Of a DNA stretch of 64,000 bases, positions 50,156-59,358 are shown in pieces (positions within the stretch are counted from its first letter, which is position 1; every line of letters starts with the position of its first letter). The DNA comes from Clostridia bacterium (lineage in GTDB: Bacteria; Bacillota; Clostridia; Peptostreptococcales; JAAYPU01). Position numbers and translations under genes: made by a program. The notes under the pieces were generated by a model. The model was not told the DNA's origin. It worked only from the letters and a program-made list of their open reading frames with translations, and did no database searches. The stretch is from contig JANQMT010000105.1 of the NCBI GenBank assembly GCA_028279945.1, positions 33,628 to 97,627 of the forward strand, read 5' to 3'.

Positions 50156-51727
50156 GTGGTAAATCAAAATTTTAATAGCGAAAGAAATTCAAAGAAACAA
50201 AAACTCAGGCTTGCGGTGTTTTTTCCGGCATTCATTTTATTACTTCTTACTATTCTGTTCAACTTTGTGAATGAGGAAGCTTTCTTAAATGCTACAACCA
50301 TTGCGAAGGATTTCATGGTTGTTGATATGGGGTGGGTATTTAGTATAGCAGGCGTTTTGAGTCTGATTCTCATTGTTATCGTCTATGTGTCACCCCTTGG
50401 GAATGTGAAACTTGGAGGCCCTGATGCCAAGCCTCTGTTGAAAAAAAAGACCTGGTTTTCTGTAACCCTTTGTACGACCATTGCAGCAGGTATCTTGTTT
50501 TGGGGAACTGCCGAACCCATGTGGCATTTGGCATACCCGCCGGAATCTCTTGGGATTGAACCCATGTCTCCTGAGGCTGCAAAATTTGCCATGGAAACCA
50601 TGTTTTTGCACTGGACCTTTGTGCCTTATGCGTTATATGCGGTTCCCACCATTGTTTTTGGTTTTGCTTATTATAATATGAGACGCTCCTTTAGTGTCGG
50701 TTCACAAATCGCACCAATTGTAACCCCTGGCAGGCAGAAGAGATTCAATGCTTTCATTGATGCCGTGGTTCTTTTCACAGTGGCAGCGGGTATATCCTCG
50801 TCTTTTGGAACAGCAGTCATGAATATGGGCGGTGGTATGAATGCCCTTTTTGGAGTGAACAACGATAAATTCCTTTGGATTATCATAACGGTTATTGGTA
50901 CGGCAGCATTTATTATTTCATCCAGTACGGGTTTAATGAAAGGGATAAGAATTTTATCGGATATAAATGTATATCTTTATTATATAATCATTGCTGTATT
51001 GTTAGTTTTAGGACCCTCCGTTTACTTTTTTAGCATGGGGACTGAAGCTTTTGGTGGTTTTTTGGACAATATTTTTAGTAAAGCCCTTTTTACCGGTGCT
51101 GCCGCAGGGGATACATGGGCATCAGGGTGGACCATGTTTTACTGGTCTAATTGGATGGCTTGGGCACCTGTATCAGCCGTATTTCTCGCAAGGATTGCCT
51201 ATGGTTACAAAATCAGAGAAGTTGTTATGATGAATTTTGTTATTCCAAGTATATTCAGTACCATTTGGATGACCATATTATCCGGAACCACAATCAATTT
51301 CCAATTAACCGGTAAGGTGGATATCTTGGCTAAAATGAATGAACAGGGTTCAGCAGCTGCAGCCTATACGGTGCTGGGTGAATTGCCATTGTCAGGATTG
51401 ATTATCGGCATTTATCTCATTGCTGTCATAATATCCTTCATTACGGCCACCGACTCTACAACCAACGCTATGGCCAGCATCTGTACGACAGGAATCACTG
51501 ATGGCAAGCAGGAAGCCCCGTTATTGATTAAAGTGGCTTGGGGTATGATTGTTGGTGCAGTGGCGCTTGTATTCATTGCAACATTGGGCTTGGACGGCAT
51601 TAAAATGATGTCTTATCTGGGAGGATTTCCGGCACTGTTCCTCGGCCTTCTCAGCTTAGTATCCTTGATGGTCATTATGAGAAAACCAGAAAAATATGAT
51701 GTGTATTCCAAAAATAAAGAAGCATGA
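50156..51727 (+). CDS. BCCT-family transporter (betaine/carnitine/choline type)
   Basis: Signature WTMFYWSNWMAWAPVSAVFLARIAYGYKIREV. GTG start 9 nt after AGGAGG. 54-nt gap to the kinase gene with no hairpin. Confidence 0.9.
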   Translation: MVNQNFNSERNSKKQKLRLAVFFPAFILLLLTILFNFVNEEAFLNATTIAKDFMVVDMGWVFSIAGVLSLILIVIVYVSPLGNVKLGGPDAKPLLKKKTWFSVTLCTTIAAGILFWGTAEPMWHLAYPPESLGIEPMSPEAAKFAMETMFLHWTFVPYALYAVPTIVFGFAYYNMRRSFSVGSQIAPIVTPGRQKRFNAFIDAVVLFTVAAGISSSFGTAVMNMGGGMNALFGVNNDKFLWIIITVIGTAAFIISSSTGLMKGIRILSDINVYLYYIIIAVLLVLGPSVYFFSMGTEAFGGFLDNIFSKALFTGAAAGDTWASGWTMFYWSNWMAWAPVSAVFLARIAYGYKIREVVMMNFVIPSIFSTIWMTILSGTTINFQLTGKVDILAKMNEQGSAAAAYTVLGELPLSGLIIGIYLIAVIISFITATDSTTNAMASICTTGITDGKQEAPLLIKVAWGMIVGAVALVFIATLGLDGIKMMSYLGGFPALFLGLLSLVSLMVIMRKPEKYDVYSKNKEA

Positions 51728-51805
51728 TTTCAGAGTTAATATAATCTTTACGCCAAAAAGAATAGGATAGGGGTTAAGGGAAATAATAGTTGTAAGTCAA
51801 TTTAA

Positions 51806-51854
51806 CAAAAAAGTCTTGAGTAAAAAGATATTTTACCAAGACTTTTTTGTTTTA
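51806..51854 (+). terminator. rho-independent terminator ending the operon
   Basis: CAAAAAAGTCTTG / CAAGACTTTTTTG 13-bp stem followed by a T-run. Confidence 0.8.
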
Positions 51855-51934
51855 TGTGTATGGTATAAGGAGGACTTGGTTTTGTAGTGGGGAGAATTAA
51901 CCAAAGGAGAAATAAATAAGAGCATCAAATCGTA

Positions 51935-52636
51935 CTACAGTGCAGACTTGATTTCAATATCTTCTACCATACTTTTAAGTTCACTTGTGAATTCTTGTTT
52001 TCCTTCTGCAGTTACTTCCATTACGCATTGTAACATGGGCATGTTTCCGTTGTGAGTGTGTTTTATGCCCAAACCGGTGGCTGCAGCCTGAATATAATCA
52101 AAGAAACTACAGTAAGGAATTAATTCGGGAATATCATTTACTGCTTGAAATTTCCTTACAGCACACTCATTGATGTCAAGAACATACCCTTTTTGTGGAC
52201 ATGTATCTCGACATGTCCATACATAATTATCTTTATATTCTCTTTTTTGAGTCTCATCTCCAAATTTCTTCAGTTTGTTAATCCAAAATTTAGTAGTTGT
52301 AGTAAAACCAATTATCTTTCTAATGAATTTAGGAATCCGCTCAAACATTCTATCGGATAGTTTATATAAAAGTCTAACACTTGTTCTAATTGGATAGCCA
52401 TTGGCCTTCAAAGCCTTGTAAAATGCAATAAATGTAACATTGAGATTCATAATAAATGACATGAGATTACGCTTTCCGATGTCAATTAACTGAACCTTCT
52501 CAATATTAGCATAGCCTTCGTCAATGATCTTCTGTGCTTCTTCTGAAGATTTAACTTCTGTTTCAATGACATCTTTATTCCTGCTGACAAAATTATTATA
52601 GGTTTTTTGAAATTTAGCAAGTTCTTTAGTCTTCAT
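51935..52636 (-). CDS. hypothetical protein, Cys-containing C-terminal half (possibly ATC-hydrolase-like)
   Basis: 233-aa ORF with no competitor. The region CRDTCPQKG..INECAVRKF..IPELIPYCSFFDY resembles my memory of the L-2-amino-thiazoline-4-carboxylate hydrolase family. Unverified. Confidence 0.5.
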   Translation of the reverse strand: MKTKELAKFQKTYNNFVSRNKDVIETEVKSSEEAQKIIDEGYANIEKVQLIDIGKRNLMSFIMNLNVTFIAFYKALKANGYPIRTSVRLLYKLSDRMFERIPKFIRKIIGFTTTTKFWINKLKKFGDETQKREYKDNYVWTCRDTCPQKGYVLDINECAVRKFQAVNDIPELIPYCSFFDYIQAAATGLGIKHTHNGNMPMLQCVMEVTAEGKQEFTSELKSMVEDIEIKSAL

Positions 52637-52922
52637 ATAAATCCTCCTCTCTAATTGGTATAAAAATCAAAATAACAATCTTAAAATATGACTTAACGAA
52701 AAGTAAGCTGCCAGCTAAATGAAAAGTTACAGTTTTAATGATTGATCTTTTGTTACAAATAACTTACCTTCCGTTAAGTAAAATATATTATAATTTTCGG
52801 TTTATGTCAATATGAATGCTAAAAGAATTTAAAACAACATAAAAAAAGTTTGACAACTTATTATAATGGTCTGCTAACCCATATAATAGAGATATCGTGA
52901 CATCAGATAAATCCTTAGTTTT

Positions 52923-52950
52923 TGAATTGTTATATTGAATTGTCACAATT
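52923..52950 (+). promoter_or_regulatory. cluster of TGAATTGT half-sites (two direct, one inverted)
   Basis: tgaattgt tatat tgaattgt cacaatt, including the palindrome AATTGTCACAATT. Lies 65 bp upstream of the PRD-regulator start. Confidence 0.3.
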
Positions 52951-53014
52951 AGTTTCTTCTTCAGGTGAAAACACTTAACGTTGTACGGTTTGAATTTTCA
53001 AAATATAATTTGAG

Positions 53015-55060
53015 TTGAGAAATGGGGTGAGAAACATATTCTATTTAAATAAACGTCAGCAGCAAATCTTAGAATTTCTGATATTAAAAAAAGACAAAAT
53101 CAATTATGAGGAAATAAGTAAAAGGTTTCTTGTTTCAAAAAGGACAATAAGAAATGATTTGGATCTCATTGGTGATTTTTTGTCTTCAAGAAATATTAAA
53201 TTGTCTCGTGATAATGCAGGGGCATTTTATATTGAAAATGCTAATGCCGATCAGCTGGCTGAGTTAATGTCTTCCGATGCAATCCTGATTTTAAATCAAA
53301 ACGAACGTCAGCAGTTAATAATATTGTCCTTACTTGAAAAAGAGCATCCTTTAACCATCGAAGATATCTCCAATTTTCTCGGTGTCAGTTACTCAACCGT
53401 GGCAAACGATATAAAAAATATTCATGGTTTACTTACGGAATTGGGATTAACCATTTTCAAGAAACCCAATTACGGAATCAGTCTTAGCGGTGATGAGAAA
53501 ACAATAAGAGCATCCATTATTAAAATAATAACATCCAATGTAGATTCAAGACTTTTAAACGGGCTGATAAATTGGCGAGATTTTTCATTAAATAACAAAG
53601 TGATGGATACTTTTTTTGAGATTGATTCTCTGAGAGAAATCAGAAGCTTTTTCTACGAAATGTGCCTGAATTATCGCTGTGGTTTCCCAGATAGTGACAG
53701 TATTTTATTGGTTTTGGGGTTAGCCATAAAATTAAAAAGAATAAGTATTGGCAGGGTACTTAACAATAATCTTTCAACAGAAAATTCTGAAGAGGTTACA
53801 AATAATGATCTATATTTTAAAATGGCCGAATTCGTGGCGCAAAGAGTAGAAGCCAGTTACGGTATCAAGATGAGTGAATATGAATTAAATGATTTTGTTG
53901 TGTTAATAAAAAGCACTCGTTTTATATTCTTTGATGATTTTGAAATAGCAGATTACCAGCAATACTTAGCACATAGCATGAAAAAAGCAGAGTTGGTTAC
54001 TTGGGGCGTCCTTAAAAAGATGGAAGCTTTGTATGGAATTGACTTGATGAATAACCATCAACTCATTACATCTTTAAAGAATCATCTGGCTATATCATTA
54101 TATCGAGTGGAGAACCGTGTTTTAATTTATAATCCTCTTACGGATGAGATAAAGCAAAATTATCCATATTTATTCAATTTAATCAGTTTCATGATTGAAG
54201 ATTTAATGAAAACCTATGGCTATATAAAAATGCCGGATGATGAGATCAGCTATATCGTCATTTATCTTCAGGTAGCTTTTGAAAATATGAAGAAAAATAA
54301 GCTTCCCCCAAAGCCCAAAGTATTAGTAATCTGCAACACATCCAATATAATAGCAAACTACCTTAGAGTTAAGTTAGAAAAAGAGTTCCCGGAATTAGAC
54401 TTAATCGGTCCTGTACTTTTAGGAATAGGTGATAACAATGTTATAAACAACAACCGGCCTGAATTGATCATCTCTACTGAACCCTTAAAATCAGCAGAAT
54501 GCCCGGTATGTATAATTAGTCCCTTAGTTACTGAAAGCGATATCGATAAAATTAATACAGCGCTGACCGATTTGGCAAAATCAGATGGGTTTAAAGGAGT
54601 GAATCAATACGTGCTTAAAGATTTATTACGCCGAGATGCAATAAAGCTTAGAGTTAAAGCAGAAAATTGGGAAGAAGCCATAAGAAAATCCGGTGAAATG
54701 TTGTTGAAGCTGGACTATATTGAAGAAAAATATATAGATGCTATGATTCAAACGGTCCATAAACTTGGTCCCTATATCGTTATTGCCCCGGGAATAGCTT
54801 TAGCCCATGCCCGACCCGAAGAGGGCGTCATTAAAACAAGTTTTTCTTTAATTACTTTAGAAGATCCGGTCCAATTTGGAAACAAAGACAATGATCCGGT
54901 AAATCTGGTGGTAACAATAGCTGCGCTTGATCACAACAGTCATATTAAAGCTATTAGTGAACTCATTGATATCATCGGAAACAAAGAAAAGTATAAAATA
55001 ATAACTTCTTCCAATGACCTCAATGAGGTTTTTGAATTGCTTTATGGAACGTTGGTGTGA
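53015..55060 (+). CDS. PRD-domain transcriptional activator (MtlR/LicR/ManR type): HTH-HTH-PRD-PRD-EIIB-like-EIIA
   Basis: 681 aa. Two N-terminal wHTH modules, two PRD regions, an EIIB-like segment (KVLVICNTSN) and a C-terminal PTS EIIA type-2 domain (GIALAHARPEEG). The start codon is non-ATG and uncertain. Confidence 0.85.
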   Translation: MRNGVRNIFYLNKRQQQILEFLILKKDKINYEEISKRFLVSKRTIRNDLDLIGDFLSSRNIKLSRDNAGAFYIENANADQLAELMSSDAILILNQNERQQLIILSLLEKEHPLTIEDISNFLGVSYSTVANDIKNIHGLLTELGLTIFKKPNYGISLSGDEKTIRASIIKIITSNVDSRLLNGLINWRDFSLNNKVMDTFFEIDSLREIRSFFYEMCLNYRCGFPDSDSILLVLGLAIKLKRISIGRVLNNNLSTENSEEVTNNDLYFKMAEFVAQRVEASYGIKMSEYELNDFVVLIKSTRFIFFDDFEIADYQQYLAHSMKKAELVTWGVLKKMEALYGIDLMNNHQLITSLKNHLAISLYRVENRVLIYNPLTDEIKQNYPYLFNLISFMIEDLMKTYGYIKMPDDEISYIVIYLQVAFENMKKNKLPPKPKVLVICNTSNIIANYLRVKLEKEFPELDLIGPVLLGIGDNNVINNNRPELIISTEPLKSAECPVCIISPLVTESDIDKINTALTDLAKSDGFKGVNQYVLKDLLRRDAIKLRVKAENWEEAIRKSGEMLLKLDYIEEKYIDAMIQTVHKLGPYIVIAPGIALAHARPEEGVIKTSFSLITLEDPVQFGNKDNDPVNLVVTIAALDHNSHIKAISELIDIIGNKEKYKIITSSNDLNEVFELLYGTLV

Positions 55061-55063
55061 AAA

Positions 55064-56086
55064 ATGAAAATATTTAAAGAGCCTGAGCAGGTTAAATGTG
55101 AGATTATTAATCTGCTTCTGAAGTGTAAAGCCAGTTGTGAGAATGCCGAGATAGTTGCCGACTCATTGGTTTTTGCGGATATGCGGGGTACAAAATCTCA
55201 TGGATTGAATATGTTGGAAGCGTATTTACAAAGAATTAATGCCGGCGGTATGTGTCCTCAAGCTTCACCGAAAATATTAAATGAAACCGGGGTGACGGCG
55301 GTAGTTGACGGACAAAATGGTTTTGGACAAATTGCAGCACAAAAAGCAGTTGAGATTGCCATAAGAAAAGCAAAAGAAAACCATATTTCCGGAATAAGTA
55401 TTCGAAATTCAAACCATTGCGGAGCCTTGTCATATTATACCAAACAGATTGCTGAAAACGGAATGATTGGTTTTATGTATGCAAATGTAAATCCAAACGT
55501 GGCTGCTTTTGGGGGAATGGAAGCCGTTCTTGGGACCAATCCTCTTGCCATAGCCATGCCTTGCCCCAAGGCACCCATTATACTGGATATGGCGACAAGC
55601 ACGGTTGCCAAAGCAAAAATATATCACGCCCGGGAATTAGGGCAGAACATTGATCCGTCTTGGGCAATTGATGTTGACGGAAATCCGACTACTGACCCTG
55701 ATGCTGCTATAAAAGGGGTTCTTACGGCAGCAGCGGGGCCTAAAGGCTATGGATTGGCAGTGGCAGTTGAAGTACTTGCAGGCGTCATGACCGGAGCAGG
55801 AATGACCAAAGAGGTTCCCTCCGTACATCGGGGCGTTGACAGAGGCATGAATGCGGGTGCATATATGATGGCGGTCAACCCCGGAGCATTTATTGAAGCA
55901 AGTGAATATATGGAACGTGTAGATGGGTTATCTTCTGAAATAAAGAATTCAAAGCCTCAACCCGGTAAAACAATATTTTTACCTGGGGAAATTGAAGAAG
56001 AAAATTACAAAAAAGCACTTCGCGATGGCATTGAGTATGAAGAAAGCTTCTATACGCATGCTTTAGGAGGGGATACAAAGACATAA
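55064..56086 (+). CDS. Ldh_2-family (malate/L-lactate/sulfolactate/diketogulonate-type) NAD(P)H oxidoreductase
   Basis: Motifs RGTKSHGLNMLEAY, IRNSNHCGAL and LGTNPLAIAMP. Starts 3 nt after the regulator gene. Confidence 0.85.
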   Translation: MKIFKEPEQVKCEIINLLLKCKASCENAEIVADSLVFADMRGTKSHGLNMLEAYLQRINAGGMCPQASPKILNETGVTAVVDGQNGFGQIAAQKAVEIAIRKAKENHISGISIRNSNHCGALSYYTKQIAENGMIGFMYANVNPNVAAFGGMEAVLGTNPLAIAMPCPKAPIILDMATSTVAKAKIYHARELGQNIDPSWAIDVDGNPTTDPDAAIKGVLTAAAGPKGYGLAVAVEVLAGVMTGAGMTKEVPSVHRGVDRGMNAGAYMMAVNPGAFIEASEYMERVDGLSSEIKNSKPQPGKTIFLPGEIEEENYKKALRDGIEYEESFYTHALGGDTKT

Positions 56087-56191
56087 ACAAATTGTATTGA
56101 ATTAAAAACGGCGAGAATTGTTTTATGATGACATTTTTTAATAACAGCTGTCAAAGTGCAATGGAGAATAATGATAGAAAGGAGGAGGAAT

Positions 56192-56491
56192 ATGAAAGTT
56201 TTAGCTGTTTGCGGATTAGGAATAGGTTCCAGCGTCATTCTAAAAATCAGTGTCGGTAAAATTCTGGATGACATTGGCATTAAGGATTACAGTATCGATG
56301 TGGCAGACATTGGTACAGCGAAGTCCATTCCTTTTGATATGGCCGTTACAAATGTAGAGTTGGCTGATGTATTAAAAAAAGGAATTCCGTTAGAGAAGCA
56401 TTTGAGGGTAGTAACCGTCAATAATTTTGTGGATAAAGATGAAATGAAATCTAAGATTTCGGCATGTCTAAAAGAGATTGGCGAAATCTGA
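56192..56491 (+). CDS. PTS ascorbate-family EIIB component (UlaB/SgaB-like)
   Basis: MKVLAVCGLGIGSS with the phospho-Cys. ATG 56192 follows AAGGAGGAGG. Confidence 0.85.
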   Translation: MKVLAVCGLGIGSSVILKISVGKILDDIGIKDYSIDVADIGTAKSIPFDMAVTNVELADVLKKGIPLEKHLRVVTVNNFVDKDEMKSKISACLKEIGEI

Positions 56492-56538
56492 GGGGGGCTT
56501 CACACAAAAATTATAAATATTAAGGAGTGTGACATTGA

Positions 56539-57816
56539 ATGAGTTTTTTATGGAGTTTAATCAATAACGTGCTGACAAATGCAAACATATTGATCGGTTT
56601 GGTAGTATTTATCGGGTTGCTTGCTCAAAAAAAATCGTCGGATCAGATCATTACAGGCACCCTCAAAACAATTATGGGCATTATAATTCTCAGTACCGGC
56701 GCAGGCGTAATGGCCGGTGTAATCTCAAATTATCTGGCACCTCTTATGACTCAAGCTTTCGACGTTAAAGGCATTGTGCCAATGACGACATCCGTTGTTT
56801 ATCTTGCAACAGAGGCTTATGGTTCAACCGTTGCATATATTATCCTTGGCTCCTTTCTAGTTAATTTAATACTGGCAAGGTTTACGCCTCTAAAATATAT
56901 ATTTCTTTCAGGGCATCATTTTCTTTATGTCGCTTCAACTATTGCGGTGGCCTTTGCGGCAGCAGGAGTCTTTGGAATGTCAGCCATTATTATGGGTTCA
57001 CTTATTGCAGGCTTTGCTTATGCGGCGCTTCCTGCCATTAATAACAAGTTTATGCGGAATATTACGGGAGATCAGCCCCTGGCAATGGGGCACTTTGGCG
57101 CCACTGGTTACTGGTTGGGAGGACAAGCAGGAAAGCTGTTCAAAAAAGATAAGGATAACAGCACTGAATCCTTAAAGCTTCCAAAAGCGTTCAGTTTTGC
57201 CAAAGAAGTGATCTGTGCGACAACACTGATTATCGTTATTCTTTTAGGCATATGTGTGGCAATAGCAGGTACAGGTTATCTAGTCAATGATCTTAACATT
57301 TCGGATAATATAGTCGTGTTTATTCTAATGCAGGGTATTACTTTTGGTGCAGGGCTTACGATACTGATGCAGGGTGTCAGAATGTTAATTACCGAAATTC
57401 TCTCAGCCTTTGAGGGCATTGCTTCCAAAGTCGTTCCCAACGCCGTACCGGCACTTGACTGTCCGGTAGTATTTCCCTATGCGCCCAATGCCGTCTTAAT
57501 CGGTTTCGTTTCAGCTACAGTAGTGGGCATTCTCACCTCAGTCGTATTCGGTTTGGCTACCGGAGTGGGTGTGGTACCTCCTATGATAGAGTTTTTCTTT
57601 ATGGGTGGTGCGGCAGGTGTTTTCGGTAATTCAACCGGCGGGGTCAAGGGTGCAGTCATAGCCGGAGCAATTCAAGGTGTACTATTCATCATTCTGCCTG
57701 CCCTATATTTTGAAGCCTGTGCTTCCATATTAGGACCGGTAAACGTTACTGTTGTTGACCCTGACTTTTGCTGGTCAGGACTTATTGCCAATACAATCGG
57801 CAGATTCATTAACTGA
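56539..57816 (+). CDS. PTS ascorbate-family EIIC component (UlaA/SgaT-like)
   Basis: 425 aa polytopic protein with an UlaA-like N-terminus (NANILIGLVVFIGLLAQKKS). Confidence 0.88.
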   Translation: MSFLWSLINNVLTNANILIGLVVFIGLLAQKKSSDQIITGTLKTIMGIIILSTGAGVMAGVISNYLAPLMTQAFDVKGIVPMTTSVVYLATEAYGSTVAYIILGSFLVNLILARFTPLKYIFLSGHHFLYVASTIAVAFAAAGVFGMSAIIMGSLIAGFAYAALPAINNKFMRNITGDQPLAMGHFGATGYWLGGQAGKLFKKDKDNSTESLKLPKAFSFAKEVICATTLIIVILLGICVAIAGTGYLVNDLNISDNIVVFILMQGITFGAGLTILMQGVRMLITEILSAFEGIASKVVPNAVPALDCPVVFPYAPNAVLIGFVSATVVGILTSVVFGLATGVGVVPPMIEFFFMGGAAGVFGNSTGGVKGAVIAGAIQGVLFIILPALYFEACASILGPVNVTVVDPDFCWSGLIANTIGRFIN

Positions 57817-57836
57817 TTGGTTGAAGGTTGAAGACG

Positions 57837-58472
57837 ATGGAATTTATAGATATTTCACAGGCGTATAAGCCTGGGATGAAACGCTACAGGAGCATGGATG
57901 ATTTTAAATACGAATGGATCAGGCATTACGACAAAGGCTCCGGCATGGCGCTCTCACGCTCAGTCATTCCGAGCCATCTCGGTACACATATTGATTCACC
58001 TTACCATTTTATTAAAAACGGTAAAAAAATAGGTGATATCCCCATTAAAACGTTGTGCGGAAAAGCTCAGGTGATAAATGCAACGGGCAGGTTGTATATT
58101 GACAGCCATTTTTTAAAAAGTCTCACAATAACTTGCCCAAGACTTATCTTTAAGACCGATAATACGGAAAAACTTAAAATCGAAACGGACTTTGACAATG
58201 TATATTTCACTGATGATGCCTGCCAGTACCTTGCATCACAAAATATATTGCTTGTGGGCACGGACTACTTTAATGTAGATGCCAGAGGCGACAAGAATCG
58301 CAAAGCGCACAGGATACTATTAAAAAATGACATCGTTATATTGGAGGGGGCTGTACTTGATGAAGTCTTTGAGGGCGAATACGATCTGTACTGCCTGCCC
58401 CTAAAGGTTAACGAATTGGAAGGTGCGCCATGCAGAGCTGTACTTAAAAAGTTGAAAAAGAATGGAGCTTGA
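57837..58472 (+). CDS. cyclase-family protein (kynurenine formamidase-like metal hydrolase fold)
   Basis: HLGTHIDSPYH motif (HxGTHxDxPxH). Confidence 0.8.
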   Translation: MEFIDISQAYKPGMKRYRSMDDFKYEWIRHYDKGSGMALSRSVIPSHLGTHIDSPYHFIKNGKKIGDIPIKTLCGKAQVINATGRLYIDSHFLKSLTITCPRLIFKTDNTEKLKIETDFDNVYFTDDACQYLASQNILLVGTDYFNVDARGDKNRKAHRILLKNDIVILEGAVLDEVFEGEYDLYCLPLKVNELEGAPCRAVLKKLKKNGA

Positions 58473-58473
58473 T

Positions 58474-59358
58474 ATGAAAGTTATTGTAACCGGAGCATCG
58501 GGACTGCTCGGTTCAGATGTTTCGGATGTATTTGATAATGCTGGATACAGCGTAGTGAGGCTAATGGGCAGAAAATCCGTCAATATACAAAATACAAAGG
58601 AAATTGTCAAATTTATAGAGAAAGAGAATCCTGAACTAATTGTGCACTGTGCAGGGTATCGTGATATTGACGAGATGGAAAAGAACGAGGCGGAAGGTTA
58701 CACGCTGAATACCTTCGGTACAAAAAATATAGCACTTGCTGCATGGCGGTTAGGCTGTAAGCTCATTTATATAAGCAGCGATACAGTCTATGACGGAGAA
58801 AAGGAAACAGGCTACCACGAGTATGACACATTAAACCCTGTCAATGTTTATGGCAGAAGCAAGCTAATGGCGGAACATGAAATTAAGGCCTTATGTAATT
58901 GTTTTTTTATCATAAGGACGGCACTGTTGTTTGGGTACAAAGGGCATGGTGAAAATAATCTCATTTTAAATATTATCAATCAATTAAAGGCAGGTAAGGC
59001 GGTTTATGCCAGCACCAATCAGATCTGCTGCCCGTCCTATACGAAGGATCTTGCAGAAGTACTTTTAAAGATTTCACAAACAGAGTATTTTGGCACATAT
59101 CTGATTGCAAACACAGGGACTGCTTCTCGTTATGAAGTAAACCGCGCCGTTGCAGAACTTGCAGGCCTGGACAAATCTCTGGTATGCCCTATGGACGAAA
59201 ATAACACTAGACCGGCAAAAAGGTCACGTAATACAGTCTTTGAGTCCATTGCGTTTCCCAACACCTTTGGAATCGAAATGGCAGACTGGCATGACGCCCT
59301 TCAACGGTGCATGTCTGAAATATTAAAATTGGAAAGGACGGCCGGTGATGACCAATAA
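58474..59358 (+). CDS. RmlD-like NAD(P)-dependent reductase (dTDP-4-dehydrorhamnose reductase fold)
   Basis: MKVIVTGASGLLGS Rossmann motif, YGRSK catalytic YxxxK, and length of about 295 aa. Confidence 0.8.
   Translation: MKVIVTGASGLLGSDVSDVFDNAGYSVVRLMGRKSVNIQNTKEIVKFIEKENPELIVHCAGYRDIDEMEKNEAEGYTLNTFGTKNIALAAWRLGCKLIYISSDTVYDGEKETGYHEYDTLNPVNVYGRSKLMAEHEIKALCNCFFIIRTALLFGYKGHGENNLILNIINQLKAGKAVYASTNQICCPSYTKDLAEVLLKISQTEYFGTYLIANTGTASRYEVNRAVAELAGLDKSLVCPMDENNTRPAKRSRNTVFESIAFPNTFGIEMADWHDALQRCMSEILKLERTAGDDQ

Noticed and set aside
50164-50886. Cluster of six overlapping 60-73 aa ORFs on both strands at the start of the BCCT gene.
   Set aside because: They overlap a 523-aa ORF carrying the BCCT signature. 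The region is locally GC-richer, so stop codons are rarer in the off-frames.
52850-52900. TTGACA followed closely by TATAAT upstream of the PRD regulator, considered as a promoter.
   Set aside because: The two hexamers are only 6 nt apart, and a second TATAAT further downstream lacks a credible -35. No promoter was called.
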